Assembly (NCBI GenBank): GCA_002269645.1 | Contig: NIVC01000061.1 | Coordinates: 1,116,001 to 1,180,000, forward strand | From: Macrostomum lignano | Lineage: Eukaryota | DNA length: 64,000 bases | Direction of reading: 5' to 3' | Part shown: one piece after another, positions 10,316 through 21,292 of the stretch | Layout: each line of letters starts with the position of its first letter | Position numbering within the stretch: the first letter of the stretch is position 1 | Made by a program: the position numbers and the translations under genes | The notes under the pieces: model-generated | The model's input: the letters and a program-made list of their open reading frames with translations, nothing else | The model's database searches: none | Told to the model about the DNA's origin: nothing

Positions 10316-13300
10316 TCACTGGCCGTTAATGCGGCTTACACCGTCTTTGTTGTTGTCGCTATTGTGACTATTATTCCGGCTTAATTTACTTAACAGGCTC
10401 TCAAGTCGCAAGTTCTTTTCAGACCGTCGAATTCGGCCCAAGGGCAGAATGAACTCAAATGATTCATTGGGATCCTGCTTCGGTGACTTGTCGCTTGTTG
10501 TCGAACCAGTTGACTGATTTCCTGCGCAAATTGGTGGGTTAGTCACTGTAGACCTTGCGATCGATAAAAAATGGAGTGAGGTGGGTAAACCAATGTACAT
10601 CTACATAAAGCGATCGATAAGAAATAATGTGGGTAGCCTCATTACAACAATCAGAAAACTGATAAGAGTTTGGCCCATGACTCACCACTGCCGCTACTAG
10701 CCGGGGTCGATGGCGGACAGCACGGCAGGCCGATGGCGATGTCAGCGGTTGCAGCGCAAGAAGCAATGCAGGTTGGACACCAAGAACTGGCGGGCGCAGC
10801 AGACGCTGCTTGGCCAATTGTTGCCACCGACGACAACGGTGCCCGAACGGGTCGATTTGGCATTAACTGGTGACACTTGGCGCAGCAGAATTGAGGCTTT
10901 CGCTTCTGTTGCTGCTGCTGCTGCTGTTGTTGTTGTAAAAGACTAAATGACGGCTTTTCCTCGAAGCGACAAGCCCGACGAGATGATCGAGTCAGAATTC
11001 CAGCTCCGTTGCCAGTGGCAACGAGACCATTAGAATGGCCGGCCGACGGCGCCGGCTGCTGCTGTTGCTGAAGCTGAGGCTTGGCAGAAATCGTCGCAGT
11101 GACAGGGGTAGCAGCTGCAACCGCAGTCGAAGCCGTAGTCGCAGTCGCCGAGGTCGTCGACGATACAAGCGGAAAGTCAGGATTCACCAGCTGTTTGCGA
11201 CGGCGAGGACTGGACTTGGCGTCTAACACATCTGCGAAGCCGAGATAAAGTACGTTTTGTCGTTTTGGAAAGTTCTAGTGGTAGTTTCAAGACCTTCATG
11301 AATTCTAAAATAATTCTCTGGACTCAAAATACGGAAAGTTGTCAGGTTCAATGGAATGTTCGAGGAAGAATCTCGGAACACTCGAGATGCTCTTGATAGC
11401 AACTAAAAGTTAAGATTTTTAAGGTACGATAGAAAAGATAACTGGGCTGATCTGGGGGAGATTCTCGGGATGATTTAGCGAAGATTATAGGTTTGATCCG
11501 GGGGAGATTCTAGAGTTGATTTAAGGACGATTATTGGACTGATCTGGGGAAGTTCTCGGGATGATTTAGGGATGATTATTGGACTGATCTGGGGAGGTTC
11601 TCGGGATGATTTAGGGATGATTATTGGACTGATCTGGGGAGGTTCTCGGGATGATTTAGGGATGATTATTGGACTGATCTGGGGAGGTTCTCGGGATGAT
11701 TTAGGGATGATTATTGGACTGATCTGGGGAAGTTCTCGGGATGATTTAGGGATGATTATTGGACTGATCTGGGGAGGTTCTCGGGATGATTTAGGGATGA
11801 TTATTGGACTGATCTGGGGAGGTTCTCGGGATGATTTAGGGATGATTATTGGACTGATCTGGGGAGGTTCTCGGGATGATTTAGGGATGATTATTGGACT
11901 GATCTGGGGAGGTTCTCGGGATGATTTAGGGATGATTATTGGACTGATCTGGGGAGGTTCTCGGGATGATTTAGGGATGATTATTGGACTGATCTGGGGA
12001 GGTTCTCGGGATGATTTAGGGATGATTATTGGACTGATCTGGGGAAGTTCTCGGGATGATTTAGGGATGATTATTGGACTGATCTGGGGAGGTTCTCGGG
12101 ATGATTTAGGGATGATTATTGGACTGATCTGGGGAGGTTCTCGGGATGATTTAGGGATGATTATTGGACTGATCTGGGGAGATTCTCGGGATGATTTAGG
12201 GATGATTATTGGACTGATCTGGGGAGGTTCTCGGGATGATTTAGGGATGATTATTGGACTGATCTGGGGAGGTTCTCGGGATGATTTAGGGATGATTATG
12301 GGACTGATCTAGGGAGGTTCTCGGGATGATTTAGGGATGATTATTGGACTGATCTGGGGAGATTTTTGGGATGATTTAGGGATGATTATTGGACTGATCT
12401 GGGGAGATTCTCGGGATGATTTAGGGATGATTATTGGACTGATCTGGGGAGATTCTCGGGATGATTTAGGGATGATTATTGGACTGATCTGGGGAGATTC
12501 TCGGGATGATTTAGGGATGATTATTGGACTGATCTGGGGAGGTTCTCGGGATGATTTAGGGATGATTATTGGACTGATCTGGGGAGATTCTCGGGATGAT
12601 TTAGGGATGATTATTGGACTGATCTGGGGAGATTCTCGGGATGATTTAGGGATGATTATTGGACTGATCTGGGGAGATTCTCGGGATGATTTAGGGATGA
12701 TTATTGGGCTGATCTGAGGAGATTCTCGGGTGATTGGGAAAAACTTATTCGATGATGGTTCAAGTAGTCAAAGTCACGTAGATCTTCCCATATACTAAAA
12801 TATTAATCTAAAATCCAATTTGAAACAAAGTCCTTTTTAAAAATTGGAAACACGGGACAAAAATAGCCTGTCGTTGCGTTAAGAGCGCGATTTTTTAATA
12901 ACGGGAATTTTACGACTTGATAAATATGCCGCATGCATAATATCTGAGAATTGAGCACTCTACACTACCTGAACTGAGCACTCTACACTACCTGAACTGA
13001 GCACTCTACACTACCTGAACTGAGCACTCTACACTACCTGAACTGAGCACTCTACACTACCTGAACTGAGCACTCTACACTACCTGAACTGAGCACTCTA
13101 CACTACCTGAACTGAGCACTCTACACTACCTGAACTGAGCACTCTACACTACCTGAACTGAGCACTCTACACTACCTGAACTGAGCACTCTACACTACCT
13201 GAACTGAGCACTCTACACTACCTGAACTGAGCACTCTACACTACCTGAACTGAGCACTCTACACTACCTGAACTGAGCACTCTACACTACCTGAACTGAG

Positions 13301-14974
13301 CACTCTACACTACCTGAACTGAGCACTATTTACGAATAGCAAGTGTGCGCCAGAACAGATTTATATCAACGAGCAACTCACCGTCTCGAACTCTGGGTGC
13401 GATCAAATCGAAGCAGGCCAGAAAGTTGACTTTCTGCAGGATTGAATTGTTTTTGTTTTCACTCGTTTTAGTGCAAGAACAGAGCGTTAATTATGCAGTG
13501 AAAGTGTGCAATTTACATTTTAAATGGACGTACTCAAGTTTTTAGCAACTACTCATCATCATCAGATGTGGGTGCCGCGACCAACATCTGCAAGAGTGAG
13601 GGGTGCCGCGACCCACACCTGAAGAGTGAGGGGTGCCGCGACCCACACCTGAAGAATTGGGGCGGCGGCACCCACACCTGAAGAAGTTGGATGGCGGCAC
13701 CCACACCTGAAGAATTAGGATGGCGGCACCCACACCTGAAGAATTTGAATGGCGGCACCCACACCTGAAGAAGTTGGATGGCGGCACCCACACCTGAAAA
13801 TGGGGGTGGCGGCACCCACACCTGAAGACTCGGGAGTGGCGGCACCCACACCTGAAGACTGGGGGTGGCGGCACCCACACCAGGGGCAGCTGTAAAACAG
13901 CGAACCGCAGGTCTGCACTCAGAGGCAATTACTCACCCGCTTCTTCTCCGGGCTGAGGCAAGCAGTTAAGCCGGTCCATTTCTCCAGGGTGCTCGGGCAG
14001 AAATGATGTCTGACTCGGTCTTCTAGCAGTTCGTCAATTGTTGCTGCAATCTGCTGGATTAGGGGTATGTATGGAATGAGTGAGATGGGGAGAGACGGGG
14101 GGAGATGGGGAAAGATGGGAGAGATGGGGAGAGACGGGGAGAGATGGGGAGAGATGGGTTGAGATGGAAGAGACGGGAGAGAGAGATGGAAGAGACGGAA
14201 GAGATGGGAGAGAGAGATGGAAGAGACGGGAAGAGATGGGAGAGACGGAAGAGATGGGAGAGAGAGATGGAAGAGACGGGAAGAGATGGGAGAGACGGAA
14301 GAGATGGGAGAGAGAGATGGAAGAGACGGAAGAGATGGGAGAGAGAGATGGAAGAGACGGAAGAGATGGGAGAGACGGAAGAGATGGGAGAGAGAGATGG
14401 AAGAGACGGAAGAGATGGGAGAGACGGAAGAGATTGGAGAGACGGAAGAGATGGGCAGAGACGGAGAGACGGAAGAGACAGGAGGGATAGGGAGAGATGG
14501 GCAGAGACGGAGAGACGGAAGAGACAGGAGGGATAGGGAGAGATGGGGAGAGACACGGAAGACCAAGTTGAATGAGATGAACTCCTAATTGAGAAAGCAC
14601 AGTGATTTTATGGATTTTGATTGACTTCTAATTAGAATAAATAACTTAGACCAGTTTTGTCACCTTGGCGCCGACTCGAAAATTCTTTTTAGCCTCGGCA
14701 GAGCGAGCTGCCAGCAATCGGCAGTCGCGTTTGAATCGTTCAAGCAGCGGTTTCTGGAATTCAGCAAACATTACTAATTAATAATATGACATGGCAGAAA
14801 TGACTGAGACCAAACCGGGTAGAAGCTCAGCCAGAGCTCACTTGCTCCTTGTGAATTCGGCCAATTAGCCGCTCGGCAGCCTGGACCCTGGCGATTAAAC
14901 TCCTGTCGTTGGGGCACAGGTTGACTCGGCCAACAAGGTTCTGCAATGGCGCGATAATGGACTTCATTAGCTGG
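10316..14974 (-). CDS. Multi-exon gene of unknown function (5' end unresolved; helical N-terminal part, then low-complexity Q/A/S/T region with two CxxC pairs)
   Basis: Phase-consistent exons 14974-14842 (QLMKSIIAPLQ..), 14753-14664, 14050-13937, 13433-13382, 11231-10686, 10521-10316, with GTGAG/GTGAC donors, pyrimidine-rich acceptors and a CTAAC branch motif before the last exon. Further candidate exons at 16.3-17.0 kb could not be joined consistently. Confidence 0.6.
11440..12735. repeat. 45-bp G-rich minisatellite, ~28 copies
   Basis: TCGGGATGATTTAGGGATGATTATTGGACTGATCTGGGGAGGTTC, intronic. Confidence 0.95.
12952..13327. repeat. 23-bp minisatellite, ~16 near-identical copies
   Basis: TGAGCACTCTACACTACCTGAAC. 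Confidence 0.95.
13565..13885. repeat. ~30-bp minisatellite, ~10 copies
   Basis: GGCGGCACCCACACCTGAAGA... tandem, intronic. Confidence 0.9.
14080..14555. repeat. GA-rich degenerate tandem repeat
   Basis: GAGATGGGAGAGACGGAA-type units, intronic. Confidence 0.9.
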
Positions 14975-15065
14975 CTAGGGATTCATTAGAATTTGCTGAT
15001 TGACTGCATCGGTGGGAGAATATTTGCATTGCTGACAGTGGATTGACCCTGTAGCTGTAGCCTGC

Positions 15066-16228
15066 CCTCAGTGCCTCAATTGGCAAGTCAGTGCCCCTGT
15101 GCCCTCAGTGCCTCAATTGGCAAGTCAGTGCCCCTGTGCCCTCAGTGCCTCAATTGGCAAGTCAGTGCCCCTGTGCCCTCAGTGCCTCAATTGGCAAGTC
15201 AGTGCCCCTGTGCCCTCAGTGCCTTAATTGGCAGTCAGTGCCCCTGTGCCCTCAGTGCCTCAATTGGCAGTCAGTGCCCCTGTGCCCTCAGTGCCCCTGT
15301 GCCCTCAGTGCCTCAATTGGCAGTCAGTGCCCCTGTGCCCTCAGTGCCTTAATTGGCAGTCAGTGCCCCTGTGCCCTCAGTGCCTTAATTGGCAGTCAGT
15401 GCCCCTGTGCCCTCAGTGCCCCTGTGCCCTCAGTGCCCCTGTGCCCTCAGTGCCCCTGTGCCCTCAGTGCCTTAATTGGCAGTCAGTGCCCCTGTGCCTT
15501 CAGTGCCTTAATTGGCAGTCAGTGCCCCTGTGCCTTCAGGGCCTTAATTGGCAGTCAGTGCCCCTGTGCCCTCAGTGCCTTAATTGGCAGTCAGTGCCCC
15601 TGTGCCCTCAGTGCCTCAACTGACAGTCAGTGCCCCTGTGCCCTCAGTGCTTCAATTGGCAAGTCAGTGCCCCTGTGCCATCAGTGCCTCAATAGGCAAG
15701 TCAGTGCCCCTGTGCCCTCAGTGCCCCTGTGCCCTCAGTGCCTCAATAGGCAAGTCAGTGCCCCTGTGCCCTCAGTGTCTCAACTGACAGTCAGTGCCCC
15801 TGTGCCCTCAGTGCTTCAATTGGCAAGTCAGTGCCCCTGTGCCATCAGTGCTTCAATTGGCAAGTCAGTGCCCCTGTGCCCTCAGTGCTTCAATTGGCAA
15901 GTCAGTGCCCCTGTGCCCTCAGTGCTTCAATTGGCAAGTCAGTGCCCCTGTGCCCTCAGTGCTTCAATTGGCAAGTCAGTGCCCCTGTGCCCTCAGTGCC
16001 TCAATTGGCAGTCAGTGCCCCTGTGCCCTCAGTGCTTCAATTGGCAAGTCAGTGCCCCTGTGCCCTCAGTGCTTCAATTGGCAAGTCAGTGCCCCTGTGC
16101 CCTCAGTGCCCCTGTGCCCTCAGTGCCTCAATTGGCCAGTCAGTGCCCCTGTGCCCTCAGTGTCTCAACTGACAGTCAGTGCCCCTGTACCCTCAGTGCC
16201 TCAATTGGCAAGTCAGTGCCCCTGTGCC
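15066..16228. repeat. 36-37-bp minisatellite with a 17-bp subunit
   Basis: GTCAGTGCCCCTGTGCCCTCAGTGCCTCAATTGGCA(A). Confidence 0.95.
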
Positions 16229-17833
16229 TCAAATCGCTGAAATCTGAAATCTATAAACCACTCAGGCAACTTGTTTTCACAATCGCGACAGGTGCAATAA
16301 GGCACCAGTTAAAGGCCTACGCAATGTGATGTAGGCACGAGAATACGACAAGCTGGTTCGCAGAGAATGATTAATAATTACAGATGAGACAAATGAGACA
16401 GGGTGAGGACACCCGCTAGGCAGAAGCAATAGCTGCTGATTCGGCCAATTGGCGAACTGGAATGCAATGCCAAACCCTATTCCTGTAATCCGGTATAGTG
16501 TAATCCTAAATGCAGCAGTTCATTCATCCGTCAATCTTATTATGCATCGAACACAGCAGCGTCTCCAGGCCCCACAAAGCCATGCAGCCTAGTAGGGTAG
16601 TTGATACACGCGGGTTGATAATATATTAATAAATACAGCCCGCTTCGGTCAGTCAGCTGGTTAGATGGGCAAATCAATAATCGAGCAGGAGAGAGGAGGT
16701 CGATCAGGAGGAGCCCCCCTGTGCTGTGCTGCTGATGTGCCGGGATCTCTGGGAGGAATCTGGCCAATGACCGGCAGCAACGCGGGCTTGAGCATGGCAA
16801 AGCGCAGATCCAATGCAACAAAGCGTAAATCATAAATTCTAAACAAGACTTCCAACCCAGAAATCAAGCCCCGAATAATTTTACCCGATGCGCTCTGATC
16901 GCCGAGTTCAGCTGGGCCTGCAGTTCGCGCAGATTTTGCGGCAAAGATTCGACGGTAAACGCTCGGTTTGTAGGCATGGCTGGCTGGGGCCCAGTCGCGC
17001 TGTGCATGAAGAGCAAGAGACCGCTGCCGCTTTAGCTTTCTGTCTTGTGGGGGGCTGGGGGCTGAGCTGGGGTGGTGGAAGGGGGGTTTTATGGCAGTTG
17101 GATAGTAGCAAGAATATCAGACAAAGCAATAATGTCTTTTCGGAATATAATCGTCAGGAAAAAACCACTTCAAAGCTTAAGTAAGATAAAAAATAGCTAT
17201 TAATGCGTTTATATTTGCTAAGTTAACTTTTTATGTTGCCTTTTTAAATCAAAAAGCTTGTAGGATCTACTTCGCTCACATAAGTAGTATAGTGCAGTCT
17301 GCATATAATTTGGTTTTATTTTACGGGCGCAATTTTGAAATGCGACTGGCGAAGACTGCGCGAGTAAAGAGCTGGGGAGGAGAAAAGGGATAGGGAGAGG
17401 AGGGGGTGGAAAATTTTAGGGCGTTCGCCGGGTTTCAACCAACCCCAAGCCGGCGCCCAACCTCTGCTGTGCGCGAGTGGCTGTTTTGGAGTGGGGTGGG
17501 TGGGGCCCAAAGCGAAGGTTGGTTGAACGGGAACGGAAGGGGCTTGGTCTGTCTGGTCTGGGCCGGAGCTGGACGGTAAGTTCAGCTCACTAGCAGTCGC
17601 CAAAACCTCACGGATTTCATCTTTCCGGACTCGAAAGAGTCGAAACTGGCCCTCGAACGGTAGGACAGACCTTCAGTACAAAAGATCCTATTGATGAAAA
17701 TGCCTGAGACCCTGCAAATGTTAAACGTGACTTCTAAGTTCTAATTGTTAGCAAAAGTTCTAATGAATTGAATTTAATTGAAGTGACTACACAGGCGCAT
17801 GAATCACTGACTCACTTGACACTTTCAGTTTTC

Positions 17834-18563
17834 TAGGGATTGCAATCCCGGGATCCCGGACACTTTTTGGCCTGACGGAATCCCGGGATTAAGGGCTCGG
17901 GATCCCGGGATTGGAAACTTTTTTTGATAAAGTCGGTGATATCCAGGATATATCAAAATGTTCGTATTTTAAATACATTACACAAGTAACATTCGCGCGT
18001 CGTGATCATGAGTCGTGATCGTGACGTGACTCTCGATTCTCGAATCGTGATATAATACAAATTATACAATACATACAATACATGCGAGTCTCAAACTTGT
18101 GTTGTGTTTGTGTATTTGACTACTTGTGTTACTTGTGTAACTTGTGAGGTTGTGTAACTTTGTGTTATGTACATAAAAGCATTGAAAAATGACTGGGAGA
18201 TAATTTATGTATGCATGCATGTATTACGATTACGAGCTCGTAAGTTACAAGTGTAGAAAATAACAAAACAAGAAAAGAAACCATTATATATTAGATAATA
18301 GAATACTCGGTAATGCTGTCAAGTCGAGAAATATAAAATGTATTACACACTATTACTGCTTTACACATTCGTGTTCTTATGTTACAAATCAAATAGACAA
18401 GTTATTACTTTTAAAAAACGCTTTAAAAAGCGGGTTTTCTGGCATTCTATCGGCAAAAATATTTAAAATGTCAATCCCGGGATTGGGTCCGGGATCCCGG
18501 GATTGAGTCATTGCTTCGTCCGGGATCCCGGGATCGTAGAACAGCCGGGATTTGCAATCCCTA
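17834..18563. mobile_element. Non-autonomous hAT-type MITE, 730 bp
   Basis: 12-bp TIR TAGGGATTGCAA / TTGCAATCCCTA; multiple subterminal ATCCCGGGAT palindromes at both ends; AT-rich core. TSD imperfect (GTTTTC left vs GTTTTAAC right). Confidence 0.8.
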
Positions 18564-20624
18564 GTTTTAACTTCAATGCAAACGAAAACTACACACTACA
18601 CAGTCGTAATCCAAGCTAATACCAATTTCATATTTCAGTCCTGGACTCAGGCTTCAACACAATAGATTTGGTTTGGAATCCAAACTTTGGATAAATAAAT
18701 GACAAGTAAAGATTTTCATTTCGCACTTGACCCAATATGGCTAGTATCTAGATTATTTACTCACTTATCACAAAGCCTGCTACGTGTATCGCTGTTGGCG
18801 CAAATCAAGGTGACAACTCGTGCCAATGTTGCTGGCGCTAACCCCTACGTACGCACACCTCGTGCCCTGCGTCTTGAGCCTCAATAACAGGAACATGAAT
18901 CACAAGCCTGGGGCTCATGTCCATGCATGAGAGTAAGCTCACTTCGTCGGAGCCAGTAGACCTTTAACTGACTGCTTGCACAGCTCCCAGCCCGGGGTGA
19001 CCGAATGTCCCAGCTTCATCAGGTGAATGTATGGTACTCCTCTCCGGCGGAGCATGTCTTATTTTTTTGATAGTGGCTCTGTGGTAAGAGCCTTCAAATA
19101 TTGCACTAGGCTACGGTATTTCACGCATCCTGTGCGGGGTATTGGGTATAGTTTTCAACTAGCAATAACCGCACCTCGGGTAAACCTCATTGGTTACGGT
19201 ACTGCCACTGCGCAAAGCTGAAGAGACAATAAGGAATTCTAGACGGTAAATGTATAAAACACGGGTACTAGTGGCTTAAGTCCTTATTTTCGTAACACAG
19301 ATGGTTCGGCCTATATATTTTGTTCCCATACCTACGCTTTACAAACCATCCCGATTTTTTAATTTATTAGGTAAAAAGGAAACCACCATGGAGTAGCAAA
19401 ACTACATTTGAGGTCTATTTAGCAGTTTTCGCATGAAAAAACGAACGTATTTTGTTAATCAAGAAGCAGTAAAAACAAAAGCCTGCGTCATTCTACTATA
19501 AGTAGATGAAATGTATGTTACACGATATTTTGTAAGTAGTAGTAGCTTTAAATTATGGCGCCAATTGAATTTGGCAATATCAAACCTAATAACAGTATAT
19601 TTTGTTGCGCACTTCCAGACTGCAAGCGCCTGCGCAAAGCGCAAGTGATGTACAGAAATTTACAGATATTTAAACAAAAATGAACAGTGCATTGCGGGAA
19701 GCAGATAAAACGTGCAAAACAAGAGAAAATCTGTAATTATATATAATCAAGGAAAAAAGTAGGATGCTGCAAACAAATAAAAAAGCAGTAGGGCACTAGT
19801 GTGTAGCAAAAAGCGCACCCGAGACTGGTCAAGTGTATTGAAGCACAGGGAGTGCCGACTGGGCCGGGGGTGAAAGGCGACTATAACAAAAAATGTAGCA
19901 ACTAATGATAATTAAAAACGAGCACAAAATGCCTTAGAGAAACTGTTAGTACAATAAAAGTAGGGGTTAAAATTAGCTGAGCTAAATTCCAGAAAACAGC
20001 GACAAGTTTCGTTCTATCGGGTCAGCAGAAGCCAATCAGCAGGAAGTTGGGTATCTTTTTTAAATTCGAAAGAAGACTCAAGGGCAAGCCGACACGAGTA
20101 TAAGATAATGGTCGGTTGTAAAACTGTCAAATTTGTCAAACCGTGACAATAAAAATGTGTACAGTTATCTGTAGTAATAAACAATAGTATAGTATTAGTT
20201 AAATTGCAAGCAAGCAATATAAGTAGTATAACAGCAAACTGACAAGTAGTGTATACTGAACAATGGTTAATCGAAGAGTAAAAAAACAACAATTAACGCA
20301 TGCGGGACTTTTCACATTTTGATGAAGCAAGGCACACAAGCAGCAAGAGCATTGCGTACTTTATAGCGTAAAGAGTTGCATATTAAAGTAAAAAATCATG
20401 TCTACTACAGAGCGCTACTCTAGAACAAATTTACTGAGCAAAATGCAAAATGCAGGCAACTATTTATAATTAATACAAGTTTTGCTTAACTGTTAAAGGT
20501 TAAATTGGTCAAACTGCGAGAGCATTCTAAGCGTAAACAAAGTACAAAAAACCTTTTTAAATATCTTGGTTTGGACATGGATTTGAGAACAATATAGGTG
20601 GCCACTTGGTTTACTTCACTCAAA

Positions 20625-21147
20625 AACCTCGTTTGGTTCAATGCTTTCAGTTGGTTCCGCGATCCGCTGAGAATGTCTATGGTAAAATCTCACTTAGTTC
20701 AATGCTTTCAGTTGGTTCCGCGGCCCGCTGAGAATGTCTATGATAAAATCTCACTTAGTTCAATGCTTTCAGTTGGTTCCGCGGCCCGCTGAGAATGTCT
20801 ATGATAAAATCTCACTCAGTTCAATGCTTTCAGTTGGTTCCGCGGCCCGCTGAGAATGTCTATGGTAAAATCTCACTTAGTTCAATGCTTTCAGTTGGTT
20901 CCGCGGCCCGCTGAGAATGTCTATGGTAAAATCTCACTTAGTTCAATGCTTTCAGTTGGTTCCGCGGCCCGCTGAGAATGTCTATGGTAAAACCTCACTC
21001 AGTTCAATGCTTTCAGGTGGTTCCGCGGCCTGCTGAGAATGTCTATGGTAAAACCTCACTCAGTTCAACGCTTTCAGTTGGTTCCGCGGCCCGCTGAGAA
21101 TGTCTATGGTAAAATCTCACTCAGTTCAATGCTTTCAGTTGGTTCAG
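20625..21147. repeat. 61-bp minisatellite, ~8.5 copies, just 3' of the LRP5/6 stop
   Basis: CTGAGAATGTCTATGGTAAAATCTCACTTAGTTCAATGCTTTCAGTTGGTTCCGCGGCCCG. Confidence 0.95.
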
Positions 21148-21292
21148 CTGATATATATGGCAAAAAGAGGAGCATGAACAGTAGACATTAGATAGATCTA
21201 ATTTAGCAAACTAAGAAAGTCTAAAGCAACAAGTGGCCAATCCAGTGTTTAAGCATCTGTCTGGCTCTGACCAGCTCAATGTACTATTGAGT

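Noticed and set aside
11440-12735. Interstitial telomere
   Set aside because: Only one TTAGGG per 45-bp unit, not a (TTAGGG)n tract.
11572-16329. Long periodic ORFs (MIIGLIWGG.., RDGRDG.., SQCPCAL..)
   Set aside because: Translations of intronic or intergenic minisatellites, open in several frames, with no coding-type flanks.
16380-17040. 5' exons of the 10316-14974 gene starting at ATG 16977
   Set aside because: Splice phases at 16885 and the next acceptor could not be reconciled without a stop; left unresolved.
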